64,000 nt of DNA, taken from Smithellaceae bacterium. Its GTDB lineage: Bacteria; Desulfobacterota; Syntrophia; Syntrophales; Smithellaceae. Made by a program: the position numbers and the translations under genes. The stretch spans positions 8,088 to 72,087 of the forward strand of contig JAUYFM010000049.1 of assembly GCA_030690945.1 (NCBI GenBank), written 5' to 3'. Shown here in pieces: positions 11,118 through 21,479 of this stretch. Below the pieces are notes generated by a model that was not told the origin of the DNA, did no database searches, and saw nothing but the letters and a program-made list of their open reading frames with translations. How positions within the stretch are numbered: the first letter of the stretch is position 1; each line of letters begins with the position of its first letter.

Positions 11118-12365
11118 ATGACAAATCTGCAAGATAGCAACAGACTGACGGTATATCTACAAGACGAACTTACCGGTCATCTTTGGCAAGATGAGCGTAA
11201 ACGGTTTGTCTTTCAATATGATCCGCAAATACTGAAAAGTTCCGCGAGTAACGCATTATCTATATCTTTGCCTCTTCGGGCTGAACCTTATACCGACGAT
11301 ACAGCGCGTCCGTTTTTTGCCAATATTCTTCCTGAATCGGAAATTCGGAGAGTCATCACCAGGCGGATGGGCATTTCCGAGCAAAACGATTTTATGCTTC
11401 TGAAAATTATCGGAGGCGAATGTGCCGGCGCCGTCTCTGTTTTGCCGGAAGGTATTTTGCCGCAGGAAAAGCCTGGCTACCGGGAACTTTCCGATGATGA
11501 ACTGCACGGAATTATCACTGAACTTCCGGCAAAGCCGCTTCTGGCCGGAGAGAAGGGCATTCGCCTTTCACTGGCCGGAGCACAAAATAAGCTTCCGGTA
11601 TATATCAGGAAGGACAAGATATTTCTCGCCACCGGCAATGCGCCCAGCACACACATTATCAAACCGCCGGTTAGAGAACTGGAAAGTCTGGTTTTTAACG
11701 AAAGTTTTTGTATGATGCTGGCCCGAAAAATGGCAATGAATGTGCCTGATGTAATTATTCGGCAAAGTCTTGATACGTTATTTGTCATTCAACGTTTTGA
11801 CAGAACAATAAATGCTAAAGGTAAAGTGACCAGACTGCATCAGGAAGACTTTTGTCAGGCTTTGGGTATATTACCCCAGCAAAAATACGAAACTGAAGGC
11901 GGCCCATCGTTAGCTCTTTGTTTCGAGCTGATCTCCAGAGTCAGCATAAGTCCCGCAGCAGACAAGCTGGCTCTTTTGAGATGGGTAGTATTTAATGTTC
12001 TAATCGGCAATGCCGACGCTCACGCCAAGAACCTGGCCATCCTTTTGACCGGCACGGGGCCGAGGCTTGCGCCATTTTATGATCTTATCTCCACAGAAAT
12101 TTATGACAATCTGACAAAGAAACATGCGATGAAAATAGGCAATGAAGACAGGCCGGATTGGCTGCAACCCAGGCACTGGAAAAAGTTTGCTGATTCAGTC
12201 CAAATGAAGCAAAATCTTGTTCTGAATACCCTGACGGAAATGGCCGGTGATATTCTGCCACGTGCCCGGTTCATAGCAGAGGAACTCTCCAACGTTCATG
12301 GCAAAGATAAAGTTTTTGAAAAGATCATTAGCGGAATAGAAAAACGCTTGCGGAAGCTGTCATAG
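11118..12365 (+). CDS. hipA: HipA family Ser/Thr kinase toxin
   Basis: SLAGAQNK, HQEDFCQALG, GNADAHAKN, LAPFYD; N-terminal HipA couple domain. Confidence 0.95.
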   Translation: MTNLQDSNRLTVYLQDELTGHLWQDERKRFVFQYDPQILKSSASNALSISLPLRAEPYTDDTARPFFANILPESEIRRVITRRMGISEQNDFMLLKIIGGECAGAVSVLPEGILPQEKPGYRELSDDELHGIITELPAKPLLAGEKGIRLSLAGAQNKLPVYIRKDKIFLATGNAPSTHIIKPPVRELESLVFNESFCMMLARKMAMNVPDVIIRQSLDTLFVIQRFDRTINAKGKVTRLHQEDFCQALGILPQQKYETEGGPSLALCFELISRVSISPAADKLALLRWVVFNVLIGNADAHAKNLAILLTGTGPRLAPFYDLISTEIYDNLTKKHAMKIGNEDRPDWLQPRHWKKFADSVQMKQNLVLNTLTEMAGDILPRARFIAEELSNVHGKDKVFEKIISGIEKRLRKLS

Positions 12366-12494
12366 CTCATATTATCGTGAATCCCGCGGGAGGTCGCGTT
12401 GTTAATGGGAGCCTCCGGCTCCTGCCGGAGGGAGCTCCACTGAAATATTTTTCCGGTAAGACAAATTATGGTAAATTTCAAAATCCAGCCACCC

Positions 12495-12529
12495 TCTGTC
12501 ATTCCCTGGCTTGACCAGGGAATGACAGA
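12495..12529. repeat. GTCATTCC-type REP hairpin
   Basis: TCTGTCATTCCCTGG-CTTGA-CCAGGGAATGACAGA, perfect 15-bp stem. Confidence 0.75.
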
Positions 12530-12669
12530 AATCTTTAACCGTCTGAAAGCATCTACTGGCAGTGGTTTGCGTTGTTCGTTAATTGCAATTGTCAGGAATA
12601 ATTGATGCCAGTTTTGACCGAAATAAACAGGGCGCTGTCCCTCGTTCCCCCAATATTTTCTAGGAATTA

Positions 12670-12870
12670 TTATTTATTTTTAGAATAATGTTCATCAAAT
12701 TTTTTTACAATATTAGGACTATAATAATCTTTTCTAGCACCTTGGGGATTATTTGGATCAAGATATCTTGTTTTACGTAAGTTCCCATCCTTCATGAATT
12801 CTTTTCGTAACTCGTGAAAAGTACTTTTTGTTTTAAAATCTGTGTATCTTTCGGTTAACTCCTTTACCAA
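12670..12870 (-). pseudogene. C-terminal fragment resembling DUF3644-family proteins
   Basis: ERYTDFK...RYLDPNNPQG..KDYYSPNIVKKFDEHY resembles that family from memory; AT-rich; no proper start. Confidence 0.5.
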
Positions 12871-13072
12871 ATGGCGGGAGATAAAAACCCATAGGATTGT
12901 TTGATCAAATCGACGGCATCCTGTTGGGGAAGAGAGCAAAGATCAACAGACTTTGCGGGATCGAGGATAATATGCTTCAAAGGAATAATGATGGTGATCA
13001 TGAAAAGGGGGCATGTCCTCTCTGCGAATCTCAATATACTACAACAAACATTAAGCCTGAAATTATCCTTAA

Positions 13073-13342
13073 CTAATATACTTCACCGTGACTGCCGATA
13101 TCGATTAATAACACTTCACTGTCGTTTATAAAACGAAATATAACACGACAGTCATACGAAACAGAAAATGACCATAGACCTTTGAGCTTGCCGGTCAATT
13201 TGTGTGTTCGCAACTTGGGATCGAATGGATTCTTAGAAAAATTTGACACAGCTTCCCAAAAGCTTTTCTTGAGTTCAGTATTGAGGGTAAATATTTATTT
13301 GTATTTTCTTTTGAATGCCTGATCCCAGACAAGGTTAACCAT
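13073..13342 (-). pseudogene. YafQ/RelE-family toxin with internal stop
   Basis: Manual translation MVNLVWDQAFKRKYK*IFTL...LRTHKLTGKLKGLWSFSVSYDCRVIF...IDIGSHGEVY; TAA at codon 16 (13295-13297). Confidence 0.88.
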
Positions 13343-13547
13343 TTTCAAGATCCTTATACAAATCTTTCACAGAACCTTTTTTGATTGCGCCCTTTTTAAG
13401 ATTGGATGAGACTGTAGTTGCACGCTTTGCTATTGCATCTCTTCTGGCATCTATAAGCTGCTTTTTCACAACATCAACAACATATTCCCTGTCATCTAAA
13501 GGAAGATGAGCGAAATCTTCAATAATGTGTTGCACACTTGCTTTCAT
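13335..13547 (-). CDS. Putative antitoxin of the YafQ-like toxin
   Basis: 70 aa; GGAGG RBS; overlaps the toxin start by 8 bp. Confidence 0.75.
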   Translation of the reverse strand: MKASVQHIIEDFAHLPLDDREYVVDVVKKQLIDARRDAIAKRATTVSSNLKKGAIKKGSVKDLYKDLENG

Positions 13548-13669
13548 TATTTATTCCCTCCTGCTATCCAATCATGCGGTTATAAGAAGTATAACAGAGT
13601 TTGAACATCCAGTTAAGTATTTTATTTGCCAGCTTTGTTATTAACGGTCTCACAATAGTATCTACATCA

Positions 13670-13733
13670 CTCATTCCCGCGAAGGCGGAAATCTAGGCTT
13701 ATGCACAGACCCCGGCCTTCGCCGGTGTGACGA
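13670..13733. repeat. TCATTCCCGCGAAGGCGG-type REP element
   Basis: CTCATTCCCGCGAAGGCGGAAATCT...CCCCGGCCTTCGCCGGTGTGACG, two-hairpin palindrome after the alaS stop. Confidence 0.65.
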
Positions 13734-13795
13734 TCATGCTGCAAAAAACTGGTCATATGTCGTTACTATTATTGGATTGTTAATAACACCTATAT

Positions 13796-16438
13796 CTACT
13801 TCGTCAACAACTTTTCCAGTCCTGCAATTGCCTGCCCCAGATTCTCCGGCTGCGTGCCGCCGGCCTGGGCCATGTCGGGGCGGCCTCCGCCTTTGCCGCC
13901 GACTATCGGGGCCAGTTCCTTGATGATGTTTCCGGCATGGAATTTCGAAACCAAGTCTTTGGAAACCATGCACAAAAGCAAGGCTTTATCATCGGCCTTG
14001 CTGCCCAACAGGATAACACCGGAGGCCATCTTGTCGCGTAACTTATCGCCGAAATCGCGCAGGGTCTTGGCGTCGGCAATGTTTACTTCCGCAGCCAATA
14101 CCTTCACACCGGCGATTTCGCGTACCTGGCTCATCAGATCACCGGAATCTTTGGCAGCAAGCTTTCCTTTGAGGGCTTCAATTTCTTTTTCCAGATCTCT
14201 TACATGCTTGAGTATTTTGTCGGTACGGTCATAAACTTCCAATGCACCAGCCTTGAACAGTCCCGCCGTGCGTTTTAATTCTGCTTCAGAACTTTGCAAA
14301 TGCGTGAGCGCTTCCTTGCCGGTAACGGCTTCGATTCTGCGCACGCCTGCGGCAATGGCCGACTCATGAACTACTTTGATCAAACCGATATCGCCGGTGC
14401 GCTGCACATGCGTGCCGCCACAAAGCTCCATGCTCATTTCGCCCATTTTAACAATGCGGACCGTTGCGCCGTATTTTTCATCAAACACCGCTGTCGCGCC
14501 TGTTTTGAGTGCATCTTCGAGCGCACAGACTTCCGTACGGACGTCCAGATTGCGGCGAATGATGTCGTTGGCAATATCTTCCACCCGCTGCATTTCCTCA
14601 TCGCTGATTTTGGAAAAATGGGTAAAGTCAAAACGCAGCCGTTCGGCATTGACGAGCGAGCCGGATTGCTTGAGGTGATCGCCCAGGACGGCCTTGAGCG
14701 CCGCCTGTAAAATGTGTGTGCCGGAATGGTTGGCGGCAATGGCTTTTCGTCTTTCCTGATCGATCACCAGCCGTGCTGTCGAACCGATTTTTATTTCGCC
14801 TTCCCGGACAATGCCTTTGTGCACAATAAATTTGTCAATGGGTTTTTTCGTATCCTCAACGGTAAAGTTGAAACCAGCGCCTTCCAAATAGCCTGTGTCA
14901 CCGGCCTGTCCGCCGGATTCTCCATAAAAAGGCGTGGTATCCAAAACGATCTCTGCCTGCTGGCCAACGCGTGCCGCATCCGCCGGTTTGCCGTCCACAA
15001 AAATGGCCGTCACCTTGGCCGCGTCTTTGCTCCTCTCGTCATAGCCGCAAAACTCCGTGACGATGCCGGAGCTGGAAGACTTTAAATAACATTCGGAAAC
15101 TGCCTCTTCGCCGCTTCCTTTCCATGCGCCACGCGCTCTGACGCGTTGCTGCTCCATTTCGGTTTCGAAGCCTTCGGTGTCGAGCGATATGTTGTCTTTT
15201 TTAACGATGTCCGCCGTCAAATCGACGGGGAAACCGAAGGTATCATAGAGTTTAAAGATCAGCGCACCGGGCAAAATGGATTTGCCCTCTTTCTTCAATG
15301 CGGCGGTTTCATCCTGCAAAATGCGCAGTCCGGCATCGAGCGTTTCCATGAAACGCTGTTCTTCGTTGAGAATGACTTTGGTAATGAAGGACGCTTTCTC
15401 CACCAGATCGGGGTACACACCTTTCATCATATCGATGACGACCTGCGCGCTTTCATTCAAAAACGGTCGGTTGATGCCCAGCATTTTCCCATGACGCGCA
15501 GCGCGGCGCAGGATTCTTCTGAGCACGTAGCCGCGGCCTTCGTTCGCGGGCATAATGCCGTCGCCGATTAAAAATGTTATGGCACGACTGTGATCGGCAA
15601 TGACCCGGATGGAGACATCATTGTCGGCATTTTTGCCGTAGGTCTTGCCGGATGTTTTTTCCATAAAGCGGATGATGGGAGCAAACAGGTCGGTATCGTA
15701 ATTGCTTTTCATGCCCTGAATGACGGCCGTGAGGCGCTCCAGCCCCATGCCGGTGTCGATGTTCGGTTTGGGAAGCGGCGTTAACTTTCCGGTTTCATCA
15801 CGGTCGAATTGTGTGAAAACGTTGTTCCAGATTTCCAGATGGCGGTCGCAATCACAGTTGACATCGCATTCGGGACGTCCGCAGCCGGTGTCTTCGCCCT
15901 GATCGTAAAGAATTTCGGAGCAGGGGCCGCAGGGGCCGGTTTCGCCCATCATCCAGAAATTGCTTTTTTCTCCCAGGCGAACAATGCGGTCTTTGGGCAC
16001 TTTCATTTTATCATGCCAGATGGCAAAGGCTTCATCGTCATCCGTATAAATGGTCACCCAGAGTTTTTCTTTAGGCAGCTTGACCACATCAATTAAATAT
16101 TCCCAGGCCCAGGCAATGGCTTCTTCTTTGAAATAATCGCCGAAGGAAAAATTGCCGAGCATTTCGAAAAAAGTATGATGACGAGCCGTGACGCCGACAT
16201 TTTCCAGGTCGTTATGTTTGCCGCCGGCGCGTGCGCATTTCTGGCAGGTGACCGCCCGTGTGTAGCCGCGATTTTCCAATCCTAAAAAAGCATTTTTAAA
16301 CTGCACCATGCCCGCATTGGTAAAAAGCAGCGTGGGATCCTCTTTAGGAATTAAGGACGAACTTGTCACCCTCGTATGTCCTTTGCTTTCAAAAAACTTT
16401 ATAAAACTTTCCCGTATCGCGTCACCCGTCTTCACCAT
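13796..16438 (-). CDS. alaS: Alanyl-tRNA synthetase
   Basis: LLFTNAGMVQFK, HHTFFEMLGNFSFGDYFK, DTGMGLER, ELCGGTH, GGKGGG; start moved to ATG 16438. Confidence 0.99.
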   Translation of the reverse strand: MVKTGDAIRESFIKFFESKGHTRVTSSSLIPKEDPTLLFTNAGMVQFKNAFLGLENRGYTRAVTCQKCARAGGKHNDLENVGVTARHHTFFEMLGNFSFGDYFKEEAIAWAWEYLIDVVKLPKEKLWVTIYTDDDEAFAIWHDKMKVPKDRIVRLGEKSNFWMMGETGPCGPCSEILYDQGEDTGCGRPECDVNCDCDRHLEIWNNVFTQFDRDETGKLTPLPKPNIDTGMGLERLTAVIQGMKSNYDTDLFAPIIRFMEKTSGKTYGKNADNDVSIRVIADHSRAITFLIGDGIMPANEGRGYVLRRILRRAARHGKMLGINRPFLNESAQVVIDMMKGVYPDLVEKASFITKVILNEEQRFMETLDAGLRILQDETAALKKEGKSILPGALIFKLYDTFGFPVDLTADIVKKDNISLDTEGFETEMEQQRVRARGAWKGSGEEAVSECYLKSSSSGIVTEFCGYDERSKDAAKVTAIFVDGKPADAARVGQQAEIVLDTTPFYGESGGQAGDTGYLEGAGFNFTVEDTKKPIDKFIVHKGIVREGEIKIGSTARLVIDQERRKAIAANHSGTHILQAALKAVLGDHLKQSGSLVNAERLRFDFTHFSKISDEEMQRVEDIANDIIRRNLDVRTEVCALEDALKTGATAVFDEKYGATVRIVKMGEMSMELCGGTHVQRTGDIGLIKVVHESAIAAGVRRIEAVTGKEALTHLQSSEAELKRTAGLFKAGALEVYDRTDKILKHVRDLEKEIEALKGKLAAKDSGDLMSQVREIAGVKVLAAEVNIADAKTLRDFGDKLRDKMASGVILLGSKADDKALLLCMVSKDLVSKFHAGNIIKELAPIVGGKGGGRPDMAQAGGTQPENLGQAIAGLEKLLTK

Positions 16439-16916
16439 TAAACTCTTCCTCCGCTGCCTTCCCAATTTTGTTTAAAATCAAGCCCGGCGGGAAACCTCGC
16501 CCCATCAGGCTTTGAAATATTCTCTGTTTTTCTTTGATATCAAAAGCAGCCGATTTCTTCTTGGCTGCCCTTTTTTTGACCAAAATCGCTATCGCTTCTT
16601 CTTCCGAAATTTCTAGCCGGGCAGCAGTAACAGCATCATTAATTAATTGTGCCCACACACCTTTTTCCTGCAAGCTGGCAATAATTTTTCGATTGCCCCA
16701 AAGCTTATTGACAGCCAGATTGCGCGCCCATTGAACCGCAAAAGACGCGTCATTGAGATACTTCAAATCGTGGAGTTTTTCCAGCGCTTCTTTAATGACA
16801 ACTGCGGGAAAACCTTTTTCCCGCAGCTTTTTTCCCAGCTCTTTTTCCGAATGCGGCCTGAGCGACAAAAGGCGATACGCTTTTTGAAGGGCTGTCGCCA
16901 GATCTAAAACTTTCAC
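16422..16916 (-). CDS. recX: Recombination regulator RecX
   Basis: AYRLLSLRPHSEKEL, YLNDASFA, LMGRGF; directly after recA; probable GTG start 16916. Confidence 0.9.
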   Translation of the reverse strand: MKVLDLATALQKAYRLLSLRPHSEKELGKKLREKGFPAVVIKEALEKLHDLKYLNDASFAVQWARNLAVNKLWGNRKIIASLQEKGVWAQLINDAVTAARLEISEEEAIAILVKKRAAKKKSAAFDIKEKQRIFQSLMGRGFPPGLILNKIGKAAEEEFNGEDG

Positions 16917-16917
16917 A

Positions 16918-17934
16918 CTATTCTTCCTGGTCTTTGGGCACAACACCCAGCTTGGCGCGGACTTCGCTATCAATCTGCGCCATAATATCATGATTTTCTT
17001 TTAAGAAAATGCGCGAATTATCGCGGCCTTGTCCTATTCTGTCACCCTTGTAGGAATACCAGGCGCCACTTTTTTCAACAATGCCGTTTTCCGCCGCCAG
17101 ATCCAGCACATCGCCTTCCCTGGAGATGCCTTCGCCAAAAATGATATCAAATTCCGCTTCCCGGAAAGGCGGGGCCAGCTTGTTTTTTACCACTTTAACT
17201 TTGGTTCGGAAACCGACCACCTCCTGACCGTTCTTGATGGAGGTCATTTTGCGGATATCGAGGCGCTGCGATGAGTAGAATTTCAGAGCGTTGCCACCCG
17301 TGGTTGTTTCGGGATTGCCGAAGAAGACGCCGATTTTCATGCGCAGTTGATTAATAAAAATCACGGTGGTTTTGGATTTGCTGATGCTGCCGGTGAGTTT
17401 GCGCAAGGCCTGTGACATGAGGCGTGCCTGTAACCCCATCTGCGCGTCACCCATTTCGCCTTCGAGTTCCGCTTTGGGAACCAGCGCCGCCACGGAATCC
17501 ACAACCAGAACATCCAGCGCGCCGCTGCGCACCAGCGTTTCGGCAATTTCCAGGGCCTGTTCGCCCGTGTCCGGCTGGGAAATCAGGAGCTCGTCGGTGT
17601 TCACACCAATATTTTTGGCATAAGTGACATCCAGAGCGTGCTCGGCATCGATATAAGCCGCGATCCCATTCTTTTTTTGCGCTTCAGCAACAATGTGCAA
17701 AGCCAGCGTGGTTTTTCCGCCGGATTCCGGCCCATATATTTCGATCACCCGGCCGCGCGGAACGCCGAAGGTTCCCAGCGCTATATCCAGGCTCAGCGAC
17801 CCGGTGGATATTGCCGGAACATCCGCCACGCGCTCCGAACTGCCCAGCTTCATAATCGATCCCTTGCCGAACTGTCTTTCAATCTGCGTAATTGCCAAAT
17901 CCACGGCTTTTGATCTGTCCATATCTGCACACAT
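16918..17934 (-). CDS. recA: Recombinase A
   Basis: [46 protein letters not shown]. Confidence 0.99.
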   Translation of the reverse strand: MCADMDRSKAVDLAITQIERQFGKGSIMKLGSSERVADVPAISTGSLSLDIALGTFGVPRGRVIEIYGPESGGKTTLALHIVAEAQKKNGIAAYIDAEHALDVTYAKNIGVNTDELLISQPDTGEQALEIAETLVRSGALDVLVVDSVAALVPKAELEGEMGDAQMGLQARLMSQALRKLTGSISKSKTTVIFINQLRMKIGVFFGNPETTTGGNALKFYSSQRLDIRKMTSIKNGQEVVGFRTKVKVVKNKLAPPFREAEFDIIFGEGISREGDVLDLAAENGIVEKSGAWYSYKGDRIGQGRDNSRIFLKENHDIMAQIDSEVRAKLGVVPKDQEE

Positions 17935-18059
17935 AAAATGACCTCCTTCACACTGTAATTTTTACATAATTAATTTTATTTCTTCTTTTAACTTTTACAC
18001 GCATATATCATTTCCATGACTAGAAAGGCGCGGATGTCTTTTGTTGAATTGGTCATAAA

Positions 18060-19304
18060 CTATTTCTCCTGCAAATAGTTTTTCAGCATCATGAGCGCCG
18101 TTTCTGTAGAAACCTGCTTGTTTCTTTTACGATCCCAGCGGAATGCGTGATGACGACAAACGGTCTGGTTCACGTCGGCAAGTGCCACATAAACCGTGCC
18201 GACAGGCTTTTCTTTGGTGCCCCCGGTGGGGCCCGCAATGCCGGTGGAAGACAACCCCAACGAGGTTCCGGCAAGCTTGCGAACGCCCTCAGCCATCAGA
18301 CGCGCCGTTTCCTCGCTGACGGCTCCGTGCTTCTCAATGATTTCAGCGGGAACGCCCAGCATACTGATTTTGGCTGCGTTCGAGTAGGTCGTAAGCCCGC
18401 GTTCAAAATAGATGGAACTGCCTGATACATCCGTAAGACGATTGGCAATCAAGCCCCCCGTGCAGGATTCCGCCACGGCAATGGTCAGTTTCTTTTCCGT
18501 GAGCGCCGCCGCGATGATTTCTTCCAGCGTTTGCTCACCGTATGAAAAAATACAATCATGCAGGCGCGCCGTCACTTCGTCCTGCGCCTTTTGCAGATTC
18601 TTTTGCGCCTTCTCCCGGGAGTCGGAACGCGCAATCAGCACCAGATGATTTTCGGGGAAGACGGGATAAAAGCCGACGCTCACTCCCAGGGTATTGAAAT
18701 TCACCTCTGCCAGTCTTTCATCCACCGCCGCCTCGGAAAGACCAAATGTTTTGATGGTCTGTTTGATCGCGTGCTCGACAGGTTGCGGAAAGTGCCGGTG
18801 CAAAATGGGAATAACGCCTTCCGGCAACATCCTGTGCGTTTCGGATGGAACACCGGGAATGACAAAAACCAGCTTATCTGCAACCGGCAGAACAAATCCC
18901 GCAGCAGTACCTACTGGATTGGCAATGACTTCCGCACCTTGTGGGAACAAAGCCTGCTTGGCGTTATTCTCCACCCAGCGTAAATTGTATTTTGTGAATT
19001 TGTCTTTGATGCCCTGTAAAACAGCCTGATCGGTATATAAGGGCAGATCAAAAGCCTGAGCAATGGCGGCAGTGGTAATATCGTCAGCCGTCGGCCCCAG
19101 GCCGCCGGTGCAGATCACTGCGTCGGCAAAGGTCAGCAAATAATGCAAGCGGCTTTTGATGGTGGCAAAATCATCGCCGACCGACATCATAATCTCTACT
19201 TGCCAGCCCTGTAAATTGATTTCCCGTGCGATAAACGACGAATTGGTATCGGCGGTCCGCCCGTTCATTAATTCATTTCCAATAGTCAAGATGCCGATTT
19301 TCAT
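18060..19304 (-). CDS. cinA: Competence/damage-inducible CinA (NMN deamidase fusion)
   Basis: IGNELMNG, TGGLGPTADD, AESCTGG, TGIAGPTGG. Confidence 0.95.
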   Translation of the reverse strand: MKIGILTIGNELMNGRTADTNSSFIAREINLQGWQVEIMMSVGDDFATIKSRLHYLLTFADAVICTGGLGPTADDITTAAIAQAFDLPLYTDQAVLQGIKDKFTKYNLRWVENNAKQALFPQGAEVIANPVGTAAGFVLPVADKLVFVIPGVPSETHRMLPEGVIPILHRHFPQPVEHAIKQTIKTFGLSEAAVDERLAEVNFNTLGVSVGFYPVFPENHLVLIARSDSREKAQKNLQKAQDEVTARLHDCIFSYGEQTLEEIIAAALTEKKLTIAVAESCTGGLIANRLTDVSGSSIYFERGLTTYSNAAKISMLGVPAEIIEKHGAVSEETARLMAEGVRKLAGTSLGLSSTGIAGPTGGTKEKPVGTVYVALADVNQTVCRHHAFRWDRKRNKQVSTETALMMLKNYLQEK

Positions 19305-19768
19305 AAAACACCTGCCAGCGTCAATAAAAACAAAATTAATCCGGCGTAAACGCCCGCACCGAGATCATCGGCCACCACGCCCCAGCCGCCGTGAAACTTC
19401 TGAAAATGCTCCAATGGGAAAGGCTTCCAGATATCAAAAATCCGGAACAGAACAAACGCCAGGCACAGATGCAGGCCGGTAATCGCCACCGGCAGCATCG
19501 CCACCTGTAAGCCCGCGATTTCATCGATCACAATCCGTTGATCGTCCGTTTTTCCGTAAAGCGTCTCCGCTTGCCCCGCAACATAAATGGAGAGAACCGA
19601 TATTGCAATCACAAAGAGCAGGCGAAAAACCCAGGGCATGGGATAACAAAGCAGGCAGATCAAAACGCCAACCAACGTGCCTGCGGTTCCCGGCGCAACA
19701 GGTGACAGACCCGCGCCGAAACCCGTCGCCAGTATTTTGATGAATTGATCTTTCCCAGCGGCCGTCAC
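19301..19768 (-). CDS. pgpA: Phosphatidylglycerophosphatase A
   Basis: APGTAGT, IVIDEIAG, FRIFDIWKP, GVVADDLGAG. Confidence 0.95.
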   Translation of the reverse strand: MTAAGKDQFIKILATGFGAGLSPVAPGTAGTLVGVLICLLCYPMPWVFRLLFVIAISVLSIYVAGQAETLYGKTDDQRIVIDEIAGLQVAMLPVAITGLHLCLAFVLFRIFDIWKPFPLEHFQKFHGGWGVVADDLGAGVYAGLILFLLTLAGVL

Positions 19769-19897
19769 AGGAGTCCTTTCATAATGTTATTTATTATCAA
19801 CAAGTTAGGTTTTTAAAACCTAGCTTCTTTTTTACCGAGTGTCAAACTATTTTCGTTTAACTTAACCCATTACAGACAAAATTTGCCAGACTTGCTA

Positions 19898-19915
19898 ATA
19901 GAACGATCGTTCTAT
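19898..19915. promoter_or_regulatory. Perfect 18-bp palindromic operator candidate
   Basis: ATAGAACGATCGTTCTAT in the divergent pgpA/mobB promoter region. Confidence 0.6.
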
Positions 19916-20027
19916 ATCATACAGTTTTCAGGGATGTCAAGCAATCTTAATGGGTGGGCAGTTAAAAATTTGGCATGGTCCCTATAATATGGTATGTAGC
20001 TGCCAAATAAAGGAATTTAAGAGAAAA

Positions 20028-20522
20028 ATGACCATACCTATCGTATCCATTGTCGGTAAATCCAATACCGGGAAAACAACGCTCCTGGAAAAACTTATCG
20101 CCGAGTTGGTCGGCAGGGGCTGGCGTGTTGCTACGATCAAGCATAACAAGCATGGTTTTAACATTGACCACGAAGGGAAAGACAGTTACCGCCACAAGAA
20201 AGCGGGCGCGCATATCACAGTTGTTTCATCACCGCATCAACTGGCACTCATCTCGGACGTGGACCATGACTATTCCTTCGAGGAAATCCGTGATAAATTT
20301 ATTTCCGGCGTCGATATTATTTTAACCGAAGGCTTCAAGGTAAATGACTATCCGAAAATTGAAGTGTTCCGCGCGGAACTCAAACAGGAATTGATCAGCG
20401 CCAAAGATGGTAACCTGTTGGCTGTGGCCTCGGATGAGCAACTGGACGTGGATGTCCCCTGCCTTGATATCAATGAACCAAAGGCAATCGCTGATTTTAT
20501 CGAAAATAAATTCTTAAAGTAA
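20028..20522 (+). CDS. mobB: Molybdopterin-guanine dinucleotide biosynthesis protein B
   Basis: VGKSNTGKTT, IKH, DHEGKDSYRH, LTEGFK; start moved to ATG 20028. Confidence 0.93.
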   Translation: MTIPIVSIVGKSNTGKTTLLEKLIAELVGRGWRVATIKHNKHGFNIDHEGKDSYRHKKAGAHITVVSSPHQLALISDVDHDYSFEEIRDKFISGVDIILTEGFKVNDYPKIEVFRAELKQELISAKDGNLLAVASDEQLDVDVPCLDINEPKAIADFIENKFLK

Positions 20523-20545
20523 AATTTTGTGCTTTGAATACATTG

Positions 20546-20989
20546 CTACTTTACTCTCGTCCAGTAATGACTTTCGCAAAGAAACATTAAACAGGCCGTG
20601 ACTTGTAACTTGTCCGGGGTAATCTGGACCAAAGAGCATTTGTATTCGGAGCCCTCTTCAACTTCATATATTCTTCCGTCGACATACCGGCCGGCTTCTT
20701 TTTTAAGGCCCCAGAGAATCAACATCCCCAACAGCGGTTTATCTTTTCTGTCTTTTTTGCATGTTGTACACAACGCATTCTCGGGGACTGTGGTCAGTTT
20801 CACAATTTTGCCGGAGTAAATCCCGTCCTTTTCAAATATTTCGACATTTGATCTTTCCTTGCCCTTGTCCTTGCCTTTGAGAATCGGCAAAGACCATACG
20901 CCGATAATGGATTTATCGGCCGCATAACTCGTAAAAGAAAACGTTATAACGAAAATGAACGTCGTCAAAAAAAGTATCGTTTTTTTCAT
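20546..20989 (-). CDS. DUF2147 family exported protein
   Basis: Signal peptide, IIGVW, CTTC...DKPLLGMLIL, GRIY...YKC, WTRVK. Confidence 0.8.
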   Translation of the reverse strand: MKKTILFLTTFIFVITFSFTSYAADKSIIGVWSLPILKGKDKGKERSNVEIFEKDGIYSGKIVKLTTVPENALCTTCKKDRKDKPLLGMLILWGLKKEAGRYVDGRIYEVEEGSEYKCSLVQITPDKLQVTACLMFLCESHYWTRVK

Positions 20990-21059
20990 ATTTGCCCTCC
21001 TGCTGTAATCCTGTGAATAACATCAACCTCCTGCAAGCATATGAGTAATATCCTTTGAC

Positions 21060-21440
21060 CTATTTACCTATTTCCTTAAATTTGATCGGATCGGTCGCGT
21101 AAAGGACGGCACGCTCGACACCCTCCTCGCGGAAATGATGGGTTTTTAGATAATCGGGATTATTGGCCATCGCAAGGAACGCTTTGCGTGACGGGTATTG
21201 CACCAGCATGAGCAAATCCCACGTTTCTTCGCCATTGAGCAACTCGTCGGGTTTCCCCAGATACAAGACTTTTCCCCCAACGCCTTCGACAAATCCTCCC
21301 GCTTCTCTGGTGTAGCGCGCGTAAGAGGCTTGACCTTCCACACCTCTGAACTTCAGCAGATTAAGCATGACCACCGGCCCATCATGGGGATTCTTGGCCA
21401 ATTTGCGGAATTCTTCGGGGTTGGATTTAATTTCAGTCAT
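21060..21440 (-). CDS. DUF1330 family protein
   Basis: GPVVMLNLLKFR, WD..LVQYPSRKAFLAM. Confidence 0.85.
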   Translation of the reverse strand: MTEIKSNPEEFRKLAKNPHDGPVVMLNLLKFRGVEGQASYARYTREAGGFVEGVGGKVLYLGKPDELLNGEETWDLLMLVQYPSRKAFLAMANNPDYLKTHHFREEGVERAVLYATDPIKFKEIGK

Positions 21441-21479
21441 TTTAGTTTCTCCTTCTTTGAAAATATTTCATGTGGGTGA

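Noticed and set aside
17953-17968. CTGTAATTTTTACATA upstream of recA as an E. coli-type SOS box
   Set aside because: Spacing and right half do not fit CTGT-N8-ACAG
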